64,000 bases of DNA from Mustelus asterias (Eukaryota), in contig NW_027590122.1 of assembly GCF_964213995.1 (NCBI RefSeq), positions 372,001 through 436,000 of the forward strand. Direction: 5' to 3'. Shown one piece after another: positions 50,553 to 62,129 of this stretch (positions are counted from its first letter, which is position 1; every line of letters begins with the position of its first letter). Both the position numbers and the translations under genes were made by a program. The notes beneath the pieces are model-generated. The model saw nothing but the letters and a program-made list of their open reading frames with translations, had not been told where the DNA came from and searched no databases.

Positions 50553-52629
50553 ATAAGACCATAAGACATAGGAGCGGAAGTAAGGCCATTCGGCCCATCG
50601 AGTCCACTCCACCATTCAATCATGGTTGATTTCAACTCCATTTACCCGCTCTCTCCCCATAGCCCTTAATTCCTCGAGAAATCAAGAATCCATCAATTTC
50701 TGTCTTGAAGACGCTCAATGTCTCGGCCTCCACAGCCCTCTGTGGCAATGAATTCATGATGTGGAGATGCCGGCGTTGGACTGGGGTAAACACAGTAAGA
50801 AGTTTAACAACACCAGGTTAAAGTCCAACAGGTTTATTTGGTAGCAAAAGCCACACAAGCTTTCGAGGCTCTGAGCCCCTTCTTCAGGTGAGTGCACTCA
50901 CCTGAAGAAGGGGCTCAGAGCCTCGAAAGCTTGTGTGGCTTTTGCTACCAAATAAACCTGTTGGACTTTAACCTGGTGTTGTTAAACTTCTTGCAATGAA
51001 TTCCACAGACCTACCACTCTCTGGCTGAAGAAATGTCTCCTCATCTCTGTTCTAAAGTTACTCCCTTTTATTCTAAGGCTGTGCCCCCGCGTCCTAGTCT
51101 CCCCTGCTAATGGAAACAACTTCCCTACGTCCATCCTATCTAAGCCGTTCATTATCTTGTAAGTTTCTATTAGATCTCCCCTCAAACTCCTAAACTCCAA
51201 TGAATATAATCCCACGATCCTCAGACGTTCATCGTATGTCAGGCCTACCATTCCTGGGATCATCCGTGTGAATCTCCGCTGGACCCGCTCCAGTGCCAGT
51301 ATGTCCTTCCTGAGGTATGGGGCCCAGAATTGCTCACAGTACTCCAAATGGGGCCTAACCAGTGCTTTATAAACCCTCAGAAGTACATCCCTGCTTTTGT
51401 ATTCCAAGCCTCTTGAGATAAATGACAACATTACATTTGCTTTCTTAATTACGGACTCAACCTGCAAGTTTATCTTTAGAGAATCCTGGACTAGGACTCC
51501 CAAGTCCCTTTGCACTTTAGCATTATGAATTTTGTCACCGTTTAGAAAATAGTCCATGCCTCTATTCTTTTTTCCAAAGTGCAAGACCTCGCACTTGCCC
51601 ACGTTGAATTTCATCAGCCACTTCTTGGACCACTCTCCTAAGCTGTCTAAATCTTTCTGCAGCCTCCCCACCTCCTCAATACTACCTGCCCCTCCACCTA
51701 TCTTTGTATCATCGGCAAACTTGGCCAGAATGCCCCCAGTCCCGTCATCTAGATCGTTAATATATAAAGAGAACAGCTGTGGCCCCAACACTGAACCCTG
51801 CGGGACACCACTTGTCACCGGTTGCCATTCTGAGAAAGAACCTTTTATCCCAACTCTCTGCCTTCTGTCTGACAGCCAATCGTCAATCCATGTTAGTACC
51901 TTGCCTCGAATACCATGGGCCCTTATTTTACTCAGCAGTCTCCCGTGAGGCACCTTGTCAAAGGCCTTTTGGAAGTCAAGATAGATAACATCCATTGGCT
52001 CTCCTTGGTCTAACCTATTTGTTATCTCTTCAACGAACTCTAACAGGTTTGTCAGGCACGACCTCCCCTTACTAAATCCATGCTGACTTGTCCTAATCCG
52101 ACCCTGCACTTCCAAGAATTTAGAAATCTCATCCTTAACGATGGATTCTAGAATTTTGCCAACAACTGAGGTTAGGCTAATTGGCCTATAATTTTCCATC
52201 TTTTTTCTTGTTCCCTTCTTGAACAGTGGGGTTACAACAGCGATTTTCCAATCCTCTGGGACTTTCCCTGACTCCAGTGACTTTTGAAAGATCATAACTG
52301 ACGCCTCCACTATTTCTTCAGCTATCTCCTTTAGAACTCTAGGATGTAGCCCATCTGGGCCCGGAGATTTATCAATTTTCAGACCTTTTAGTTTCTCTAG
52401 CACTTTCTCCTTTGTGATGGCAACCATATTCAACTCTGCCCCCTGACTTTCCTGAATTGTTGGGATATTACTCATGTCTTCTACTGTGAAGACTGACGCA
52501 AAGTACTTATTAAGTTCCTCAGCTATTTTCTTGTCCCCCATCACTAGATTACCAGCGTCATTTTGGAGCGGCCCAATGTCTACTTTTGCCTCCCGTTTGT
52601 TTTTAATGTATTTAAAGAAACTTTTACTA
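50553..52629 (-). mobile_element. Young 5'-truncated CR1 with an open RT ORF, interrupted at 50756-50992
   Basis: ORF 50982-52544; (accataag)n tail; flanks rejoin to match the duplicate at ~53720. Confidence 0.95.
50756..50992. mobile_element. Penelope pLTR-derived insertion containing a perfect 196-bp palindrome (50797-50992) with a hammerhead on each strand
   Basis: 98-bp arms, no spacer, centre gagtg|cactc; 11-bp TSD gcaatgaattc (50745-50755, 50993-51003). Confidence 0.95.
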
Positions 52630-53164
52630 ATGATCTGCTCGTTATACTTAATCCCTCTTCATTCTGCATGTGAAACATTCTGGCGTCGAAATCCCGTTCA
52701 TCTATAGGAAAGTCCAGCAGATCTACGCTGAGTTTCGATTTACTCATCTGCCTGAGTGCTTTTTCCTATTTCTTTATTATGAAGAACAATTTTTAAAATA
52801 TGCTTCCGGGAAATGTGCGCCATTTCCTCCAGTTCAGTTACAGTTTCACCTGTGTCTGTCTTTATGAGCACACACTGCTATTACACATGTTTCAGATGGT
52901 GATTAGCTATGTTAGACTGCATTTATAAAACCATTCAATTCTGGTATGGACTGAACAAGTTGCTAATATGCGCACGGTGTCAAAGTACAAACATTTATTT
53001 CCTCACTGCGTCTTAAAATACAGCATTTCTGATTTTGCTGAGAGCATTTGTGGCCGAGGTCAGACCAAAGATAATATGGCTGCAACATCGAGATTCGGAT
53101 AATGTTCAGCAACAACTGAAACCATGCAAAACTTCCCTCATACTCACTGAATAATTTCAATAAA

Positions 53165-53237
53165 TGTTTCAGCCCGGTTTCGAACCGGGGACCTTTCCCG
53201 TGTGAGGCGAATGTGATAACCACTACACTACAGAAAC
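53165..53237 (-). tRNA. tRNA-Val(CAC), possibly non-functional
   Basis: 73 nt matching the vertebrate Val-CAC consensus with ~4 changes, including anticodon-stem and acceptor-stem mismatches. Confidence 0.8.
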
Positions 53238-54265
53238 AACTGACAGCATAGCGCCGCCAATTGGCCTGACCACAATGTTCAACTCCACTGTGTTGCTGCA
53301 GGTTCTATGGTTATACTGAGACCCCATGTCACTTAATACAAGACAAAAACCGTTTCTTTCAATCTGATTTCTCAACTCATCTTGAACTTCAACATTTATA
53401 AGCGGTCGTCCGGCAAATATCTAAGGAGCAATGATTTCTGCTCAATAATTAATGCATCATTCTCATCTTCCTTTGAATAATTTCAACCAGTTCTACCCAA
53501 TATTTGTTCGCTGTTCAATGTTTAATATTAATATATTTTTATTAATTACATATCTCCTCATTCTGAATGAAATAGCTCCGAAATAGGCAACATTGAGTTG
53601 CAAACATGACTGACCAACAAAAGGAATCGAGTCACTGGGTAATACACATGTCACGGTGCTTCATTGAGATTGACCACAATCAGCTTTTAAACAAAATCAA
53701 ATATCTTTAAAGGGAATAGATTTAAGAATGATTTGTTCGTTATACCTGATCCCTCTTTATTCTGTGTGTGAAATACTCAGGCGTCCAAATCCCGTTCAGC
53801 TGTAGGAAAGTCCAGTGGATCCGCACTGATTCTCGATTTCCTCAACTGTCTGAGTGGTTTTCCCTATTTGTTTCCTCTGAAGAACGATGTTAAAATAATG
53901 GTTCTGCGCAATGTGCGCCATTTCCTCGAGTTCAGTTACAGTTTCACTTGTCTCTGCCTTTTTAAGCACACAATACTATTAGACATGGTTCAGATGATGA
54001 TTCACTTTGTTAGTCTGCATCGACAAAGCCATTAAATTCTGTTGTGGACTGAATGAGTTGCTGATATGTCCACGGTGTCAAAACAGGAACATCTATTTCC
54101 GCTCATTGCGTCATAAAAATACAAGATTTCTGATTTTCCTGAAAGATTTTGAGGCCCGAGGTCAGAGCAAAGATAACATGGCTTTAATATCGAGTTTCGC
54201 ATAATGTTTAACAACAAATTTCAATCATGTAAACTTCCCTCACCTTAATGAACAAATTTTAACAA

Positions 54266-54338
54266 AATTTCGGCATGGTTTTGAACTAGGGACCTTTCCT
54301 GTGTGAAGTGAATGCAACCACCATTACACTACAGAAAC
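54266..54338 (-). pseudogene. tRNA-Val(CAC) pseudogene
   Basis: Degenerate duplicate of 53165-53237 with homologous flank. Confidence 0.8.
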
Positions 54339-54426
54339 TGCTGGCGCCCGTAGGACCCAATGGGACTCTCTTGAAATGTTGCAACACTCATTGGGACTGC
54401 TGTTGACATATTGATCGAAGAATGAT

Positions 54427-55850
54427 TTTGATTTGATTTGATTTATTATTGTCACATGTATTAACATACAGTGAAAAGTATTGTTTCTTGCGCTATACAG
54501 ACAAAACATACCGTTCATAGAGAAGGAAATGAGAGTTTACAGAATGCAGCGTTACAGTCATAGCTAGGGTGTAGAAAAAGATCAACTGAATGCAAGGTAA
54601 ATCGATTCAAAAGTCTGACAGCAGCAGGGAAGAAGCTATTCTTGAGTCGGTTGGTACGTGACCTCAGACTTTTGTATCTTTTTCCAGAAGGAAGAAGGTG
54701 AAGCAGAGAATGTCTGGAGTGCATGGGGTCCTTAATAATGCTGGCTGTTTTGCCCAGGCAGCGGGAAGTGTAGACAGAGTCAATGGATGGGAGGCTGGTT
54801 TGTGTGATAGATTGGGCACATTCATGACCTTTTATAGTTCCTTGCAGTCTTGGGTAGATCAGGAGCCATAGCAAGCTGTGATACAACCAGAAAGAGTGCT
54901 TTCTATGGTGCATCTGTACAAGTTGGTGAGAATCGTAGCTGACATGCCAAATTTCCTTAGTCTTCTGAGGAAGTAGAGGTGTTGGTGGGCTTTCTTAACT
55001 ATACTGTTGGCATGGGGCGGGGGGGCATGAGGGGGACCAGGACAGATAGTTGGTGATCTGGACACCTAAAAACTTGAAGCTCCCAACCTTTTCTATTTCG
55101 TCCCGTTGATGTAGACAGGGGTATGTTCTTCTCTATGCTTCCTGAAGTCGATGACAATCTCCTTCATTTTGTTGACATTGCGGGAGAGATTATTGTTGCT
55201 GCACCAGTTCAGCAGATTCTCTACCTCATTCCTGTACTCTGTCTCATCATTGTTTGAGATCCGACCCACTACGGTGGTGTCGTCAGCAAACGTGAAAATC
55301 GAATTGGAGGGGAATTTGGCCGCACAGTCATAGGTATATTAGGAGTATAGTAGGGGGGTGAGAACACAGCCTTGTGGGGCACCGGTGTTGAGGACGATCG
55401 TGGAGGAGGTGTTGTTGCCTATCCTTACAGATTGTGGTCTGTGAGTTAGGAAGTTTAGGATCCAGTCACAGAGGAGGTGCTGAGGCCCAGGCCACGGAGT
55501 TTGGAGATGTGTTTCGTGGGAATAATAGTTTTGAAGGCTGAGCTGTAGTCAATAAATATGAGTCTGTCTTTGTTATCTCGGTGATCCAGGGTTGAGTGCA
55601 AGGCCAGGGAAATGCCGTCTGCTGTGGACCTGTTGCGGCAACTGTAGTGGATCCAGGTAGTCCGGGAGGCTGGAATTGATTCGTGCCATGACAACCTTTC
55701 GAAGCGCTTCATAATGATGGATGTCAGAGCCACCGGCCGATAGTTATTAAGGCACGCTGCTTGATTTTTCTTAGGTACCGGGATGATGGTCATCTTCTTG
55801 AAGCAGATCGGGACCTCAGATTGTTGTAATGATTGAAAATGGTTGGCAAT
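54427..55850 (-). mobile_element. 5'-truncated Rex1/Babar-like LINE
   Basis: [19 protein letters not shown]; (gattt)n tail; same family as 4017-5816. Confidence 0.85.
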
Positions 55851-56984
55851 GGCAGAGAACAATAAGAGGCCTTTCGACCCACCATGCCTCTGCCAGTTAT
55901 TTTATGACGAGCTACCAAACTGACGTGTCGGTGCGAGCTTGGTGGGCCGAAGGGCCTGTTCCTGTTCTGCACTGTTCTTTCTTCTCATTTCAATTTCCTC
56001 CTCTCATTCCATGAAGCTGATTTTTCTCCCTTTCAAGTCATTGTCCAATCCCCATTGGGGAATGGGGGTGTTGGGGGGAGAGGGCTGGGTGTTTGGGGGG
56101 GGCCTGTTGGGGGGGGGGTGTTGGGGGGGGATGTTGGAGGGGGGTATTGGAGGGAGAGCACAATCTTTGTCTGAGCATAAAGACTTCCCAAAGCACTTCT
56201 GGTGACGACAGCAGGCTTTTAACAAGAGCCTTTCAGGTATGTGGGCATCGCTGGCTGGGCCGGTCTGTATTGCCCATCCCTAGTTGCGCTTCACAAACTT
56301 TCTGACAATCTTCTCAATTAGGTTTTTGCATTCAGTTGGTTATCTTGCCAAATGTTCCAGTGTCTAGAGCACAACAAACCTGCTCTTAGAGATAATTGAC
56401 TTAATAATCATTGCTCATCGGATTGTAATCATGTATTGAAATTAACTTTTGTACATTTTATGTTAAGAATTCTTAGTTTCAATCCGTGTCAAGTGTTCAT
56501 TGTGTTAACTTGAGTCACATTCTACCGAACATTTTCTAACTCTTCCCCAGTTGATATTTTTGCTTCATTACTGTAACATTGAGAGATGTTTAATCGGGCT
56601 GTTGTCATTATTAGGATTTGCCTCAGCAGGCGGGCATCAGTTTACACTGTCGACTGATATTTCAAACCAATGATGATTGGTTCCTTTGCCCCAAGTATTC
56701 TTTGAAACATCAGAACAAGAATACAACTAGTTCAAGGCTACCTGCAGCATTTTGTATTCTCAATGTTAGTGCCGAGTTCCCGGTGATCCGAAATAAACAG
56801 CAGCCAATTCTTCCCTCGCACAATGAATGTAATAATCAGGCGTAATCTGTGAACGATTGTAGATCGTGTCTGTGTGAATTGTGGTCGGGTTTGCGCTGAC
56901 AGCAAAGTATTGACGTGTCAGTGTATGACCCGCTGTGAGAAACACCTCTTGACAGACAGCAGCTGTGACCCAGAAACCTGCAGC

Positions 56985-57023
56985 AGTTTTTGTACGAATA
57001 TTTCACTCGTTCTCATCAATGTG
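56985..57023 (-). other. 23-RSS of TCR V segment 2
   Basis: cacattg-23 nt-acaaaaact. Confidence 0.9.
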
Positions 57024-58117
57024 AGACTTTGTGCACAGTAATAGACCGCGGTGTCAGACAGCCGCAGCATCGACATAGCTAATCGGTCCAACTTGTCTAA
57101 CTGCTGGGCTGAATCAGGAAATCGGGTGCCAGTGAAATCCGCCTTTAATTCAAAACCGCCGTTCTTGCCTCTTCGGACTGCAAACTCGGGCTGTCTGCCT
57201 GGGTATTGACAATACCAGAATAAATAATAAGCATCGTCGGTATAGGTGCAGATTAAAGTGACATCTTCTCCCTCTGTCTGTGTGAGTGAGGATTCCAGCT
57301 GAGTAACAGAATGTCCATCGTTCAGATCGAGAACACAAGGTTAACAAACAAAAGTCATTGATTAAAAGTTCACTTGAAGCGAGGGTGAAAAATCAGTGCA
57401 ACATAAAAGAAGGTATTAAATTCTAACACATTCACTCCAACTGATCTATGTCCCCTTTCACAATCCCTCAGAGAATCCTCCCTCCTGCCTCATCTCAAAT
57501 ACCTCTATCCCTTTCTACCTCAGCGGTTTCTCTAGTTTGCCCTCAAATGCATCGTTACTCCTCTCCTCAACAGTTCATTGTGTCGATGTGAGTCACTTCT
57601 ACAGAACTCTTTCAAAAAAAGTTTCTCTGTAATTCCCAGTTGATCTTTTTGTTTCACTTAGATTTATGGGACACAGATATGTAATTCTCCCCAAATGGAA
57701 TCATCCTCTCCCCGTCCAGCACACTAAATCTCTTTGATTTGATTTATTATTATTTAAATTGATTTGATCATCATTGTCCAGAAATCAGTCAGATTACCTG
57801 ATTGTCTTCTCGTCCAGAGAGAGAGAGTAATCATAATTTTTATAATGCTTTCTGATAGCTCTCATCTTCCAACCCTGGGACCATCTCTTTAAATCGCCTT
57901 TGCTGTGCGCTTTTAGAACCTGTTCTCCAAAAGACCAAAGCCACAAACAAAGATTCATTTGTGCTCTAAGGCAGGTCTAATACTTGTTTAACACGAAAGT
58001 CCTGCTTTTCAAACTTATTCCTCCATAAATTAAACTTCTTTTTACTCTTTTTCAAGTTTCAAACTTCTTACCAACAACGAATGTCACCCAGAAAACAGCG
58101 CGAACGGAGATCCGCAT
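57024..58117 (-). pseudogene. TCR alpha/delta-type V segment 2: leader 58117-58072, V exon 57327-57024; acceptor reads CG
   Basis: Leader MRISVRAVFWVTFVV|gtaag; open V exon DGHSVTQLESSLTQTEGEDVTLICTY..LFWYCQYPG..LRLSDTAVYYCAQS; CRE-like tgatgtca at ~58212. Confidence 0.85.
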
Positions 58118-58440
58118 CGGTGCTGCTGCTCCTGGATTCCAGGGATTTGTGTCTCCGAAAGTTGCAGAATATCGAACGAGATAAAGCTGAGGGCAGTGGA
58201 CGAGGCTAGTTTGATGTCACATCTACAGAATCAATGGGAGGAAGAGCTGAGATCACTGGATCGAGAATCAAGAGAATATTAGACAACACCATCTGCTTAT
58301 TGGCTTATTGCTGACAGAGTCTTCAGGTGGTACCCAATCATCCCCTCGGCTCTACCCTAAATAGAAATGACTGTCTTCTTGAAGCCGGGTCAAACCATTC
58401 GCGCAGGAGGAAACTTAATGGAGCTGTAAATACTCGCTGA

Positions 58441-58479
58441 GGTTTTTGTACGGGGTTTTAGCTTTAATCTAACGCTGTG
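58441..58479 (-). other. 23-RSS of TCR V segment 1
   Basis: cacagcg-23 nt-acaaaaacc (consensus nonamer). Confidence 0.95.
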
Positions 58480-59258
58480 CCTCACTGCACAGTAATAGAC
58501 CGGCCCGTCCTCCACACTGAGGGCGCTTATATTGAGGTAACCGTTCTGTTTAGACGCGTCAGAAGCCGCCAGATATCGTCCTGAAACTTCATCTTCCTTC
58601 ACTGTTAATGCTTTGGTAATAATCCATGTCGCGGGTTGTGTCGGTTTCTGCTGATACCATTGCATGCTGTACATATCCTTGTCTGTGTATTCACAACCCA
58701 ACTGCACTGAATCCCCTTCTGATGCGGTTATTGTCAGCGATGACTGTGCTACTGGATCTGCGCACAGTCCGCCTGTGAAGGTAGAGGAATGAAATATCGA
58801 GAGTTAATGTTTGTGTCTGCGATCGTTTCTGCAGCACCCGCCCCCCATCCCCTGCCCCATTCACCCCTCACATCGATATTTGTGATCGTTAATTATATTA
58901 CCATGTATGTGTGTTAATGTGTTTATCTGGCTTGATGTACGTTACCCAGTACTTATCGTGCAAGAGCACCGCCAGGAAGATCAGTGATGCGCGTCAATTG
59001 GACACGAGGCACGAAGCTTCGGTAAAAGAAGGCTTTTATTAACTAACAATGGAACTAACAGAACTTTAACACACTATCCCAGACTGAAGAGGTCCCGCCC
59101 GAGCAGGGGGTCTTATACCTCTCCCAGGAGGCGGAGCCCGACTGGGATGTGCCACAACAGTAACAACCACAGGTGTATCAATCCCACCCTAGCCCAACAA
59201 CAACATTAGAACAATCCCACAGTGGGAACCAACGATGGTTCACCACAATCAGAAACAT
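58480..59258 (-). pseudogene. TCR alpha/delta-type V segment 1: V exon 58772-58480 open; leader split by an LTR and donor reads ATAAGT
   Basis: GLCADPVAQSSLTITASEGDSVQLGCEY..MQWYQQKP..LNISALSVEDGPVYYCAVR; reconstructed leader MFLIFLAVLLH. Confidence 0.85.
58985..59247 (-). mobile_element. Short solo LTR (263 bp, Gypsy-like) inside the V leader exon
   Basis: TG..CA ends, 5-bp TSD atcag (58980-58984, 59248-59252), minus-strand TATAA and AATAAA. Confidence 0.85.
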
Positions 59259-59512
59259 ATCTGAGTGAATCTATCTCACTGAATGGGAACGGAGTGAGTC
59301 AGAGATTGAGAAGGAGAGAGGGAACCCGGGCTCTGTTCAAATGATTGCAGTGAGTGTGTTTGTGAGAGTGTCAGTGTGAGTTTCTGTGTCTGTGCTTGTG
59401 TGTGTTGGGGGGGGGGGGGGGGCGGTCGTGTCTATTGTGACCTCACAAGCCTACCATCCATACAGGTTTCGGTGATAATATCACGTGAGTTTCTGGCGCC
59501 CAGGCTAGAATG

Positions 59513-59530
59513 TGGCGCCCTCTGATGGCG
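59513..59530 (-). promoter_or_regulatory. Predicted CTCF site
   Basis: Reverse complement cgCCATCAGAGGGCGCca, one mismatch to the core consensus. Confidence 0.6.
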
Positions 59531-59579
59531 GGTTCTGCACGCTGGAATTTGGCTGTTGACTGGATTCCTCACCACAATA

Positions 59580-59650
59580 AGGAGTCTAACAATACCAGGT
59601 TAAAGTCCAACAGGTTTATTTGGTAGCAAACGCCACTAGCTTTCCACTAC
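59580..59650 (-). mobile_element. Penelope pLTR fragment with 16-bp TSD (1 mismatch)
   Basis: attcctcac(c/t)acaata at 59564-59579 and 59651-59666. Confidence 0.8.
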
Positions 59651-60237
59651 ATTCCTCACTACAATACATACTAAGATACACATGCTGCCGAAAAATCTCA
59701 ATTGCAGCTCTTCAGACACGGTCTTTGTGACTGTTGATATTTATTTGGGAAAATGATGGTAAATCTGTGAAAATCATGGCTGGAGTTCGCTGTTCAAATC
59801 CTGGGACGACAAAATCGGGAGAACGCCCATACTTTGGACAAATTGGTTACAAATCAGAATAGTGTCAGGGATTAACAGACTAATTTGGTTTCTTTTGCTT
59901 ATAACTAGGAAGGTACGAAAAGCAACTTAATTGACGTGTTCAGAATGTTGCCCTTTTCAGAGAGTAAATTGTAGTATTATAAGTCTATTTTAAAGTCACC
60001 TGTTCTTCAGTTTTAACTGCTGTGGACCGCGGCTGAGTAACGGAATCTCCATGAGCCACATCTGGAAAAGTTTGCCTTTTCCAGAAGAGGTAGATTCATG
60101 AAAAATGATTCTACACCCGAGGTGCAGTCTCAGATTTGAAAAAGGGAATAAATAAAAACGCGGAAGAATTTATCGTCGGAAATTGTCGAACACAAACATG
60201 AGTCTTGAAGATTCACAGGTGGGAGAAAGCTGCACTT

Positions 60238-60269
60238 TGTAGTTCCATATCTCTGCCACCAGAGGGCAG
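60238..60269 (+). promoter_or_regulatory. Predicted CTCF site with upstream motif
   Basis: tgtagttcc-N6-ctgCCACCAGAGGGCAG. Confidence 0.7.
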
Positions 60270-60716
60270 GACGATACCATGTTGCGTTCAGGCTCGGGGC
60301 GATTTGCAGTCTCCAGTAGTGGCCAGTAACATTATTGAGAAAATGTAATTAAAAGAGCAAATGTCGGAACAGAAATATTTTAGCATTGATAGCAAACTTA
60401 TATTGTTTCACGAGATATATTATGAGTTTTCAAAGTTGCTATTACTGTTGGTATACTGCAAATATTCTTGTTCGTTCAGCTTGGCGCTCGGCATTCTTTG
60501 TGCAGCTGAGCGGGTAATATGTGTACTTTTTACACAAAAGCTTCCAGTTGCAAACAGTCGAGTTCGCAATATTGGACGGATATTTTTCTGGAGTTTTAAG
60601 TCCACAAATGCTGATGTGGTGGGTTATTTCAACAATTTCGGCTTTCACCAGAGATGTCTGAACTGCTTTGGCGAAAGAGAAATGAGCTATATTTTGGTTA
60701 CGCTTGGTTTCGTGTA

Positions 60717-60807
60717 GGTTGGTTGGTCTAAGAGCATGATTATTGCTTCGGGTGTTTTAGTTGATGAGACATGCGAGAGATCCCGGGTTCAAATCCGAGA
60801 CGAGCCC
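60717..60807 (+). tRNA. Degenerate tRNA-Pro(CGG) with a 19-nt insertion between positions 37 and 38
   Basis: Removing 60753-60771 leaves 72 nt colinear with vertebrate tRNA-Pro (~10 substitutions); anticodon at 60749-60751. Confidence 0.75.
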
Positions 60808-61344
60808 TTTAATTGCCTCCTTTTGACCAAGTCAGGTATTGTGATTTGTTTCGGGTGCAAACGGCGGGATTGCTTTCTGGTGGCCAACTCCGAAAAAGGA
60901 TCATAGAGGCACAAAGTTTTACAGAACGGAAAGGGGCCCTTCGGCCCATCGTGTCCGGGTTGGCCATCTGACATCTGGACTGGAAACGTTAACTCTGTTT
61001 CTCGCTCCGCAGATACTGCCAGAACTACTGAAATAACCCAGCATTTCCTGTTTTTATTTCAGATTTACAGAGTTTGCAGTATGCTGCATTATATACAAAT
61101 ACATATATATATATAAAGCCTGACATAAGGCAGCATACTATATCTATCTCGATAGATCCCTATGGGAGGAAACCACAGGGAGAAAGTGCAACCTCCACAC
61201 AGACAGTGTGGCCAAGGCCGAGAATTGAACCTGGGACCCTGGCGCTGTGAGGCAGCAGTGCTAACCCAAAATGCATCTGCCCAGAAACAGCCAGGATCAG
61301 TTGATCAATTGGCAGGCAATGCATTTGTCAGTGTTGTACACCTG

Positions 61345-61412
61345 CATTCCAGATGGGACTCGAACCCACAATCCGTGGTTTATCAGTGTCTTACCCATTA
61401 CAGCAATGGGGT
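61345..61412 (-). pseudogene. tRNA-Arg(CCT)-like pseudogene with anticodon loop deleted
   Basis: taatgggtaagacactg...ggattgtgggttcgagtcccatctgg. Confidence 0.6.
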
Positions 61413-61636
61413 TGCATTCGTGCTCTTGCTGCAGCTTGTAAAAGTTGCAAATCTTCATCATCACAGATAGTGACTAAGCCAGGAATCGAAACAACGTACC
61501 TGGCATGCTGAGGCAGCAGATCTAACCATCGTGCCGTCCTCTCCCACAAATATTCTATGAGATTCTATAAATTGCAGATTTTGTTTATTTCCTTGCGGTG
61601 CGGGATTGGTTCCCATGGGGTTTCGTTTGAGAACCT

Positions 61637-61951
61637 CATAGAAACCCTACAGTACAGAAAGAGGCCATTCGGCCCATCGAGTCTGCACCGACCACAATCC
61701 CACTCAGGCCCTACATAATTACCCACTAATCCCTCTAACCTACCCATCTAAGGGCATTTTTTAGCATAGCCAATCAACCTATCCCGCACATCTTTGGACT
61801 GTGGGAGGAAACCGGAGCACCCAGAGGAAACCCACACAGACACGAGGAGAGTGTGCAAACTCCACACAGACAGTGACCCAAGCCGGGAATCGAACCCAGG
61901 TTCTTGGAGCTGTGAAGCAGCAGTGCTAACCACTGTGCTACCGTGCCGCCC
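61637..61951 (-). mobile_element. Young HE1/V-SINE-type SINE
   Basis: A/B boxes, V-domain, tail. Confidence 0.9.
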
Positions 61952-62129
61952 AGAACCTGCGCACAAACTGCAGGGAATCTATCAGCACAACACACTCGCT
62001 GGAAAATCAAGATACGTTCAGCAGGGTTGGCGATGCAACTGGACATTCATTTTATGCCCATTCACCTCTTCAGCTGACCCCATTATTGCGGGTTCAGGGA
62101 GCTGGCTGGATGTTTCTTTTTGTTCATGT

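Noticed and set aside
56061-56153. G-rich tract with G-quadruplex potential
   Set aside because: Low-complexity sequence with no supporting context
56895-56970. Extra cacag heptamer-like sites downstream of the V2 RSS (possible D segment)
   Set aside because: No nonamer at 12- or 23-nt spacing
57024-57327. V2 as a NAR-TCR supporting V-delta because of its extra cysteine
   Set aside because: It has its own leader exon, and the Cys is in framework 2, consistent with CGT>TGT CpG decay
60442-60648. Minus-strand ORF with faint CUB-like YP..N...C.W spacing
   Set aside because: No convincing exon boundaries or further domain match; lies in tRNA 5' flank
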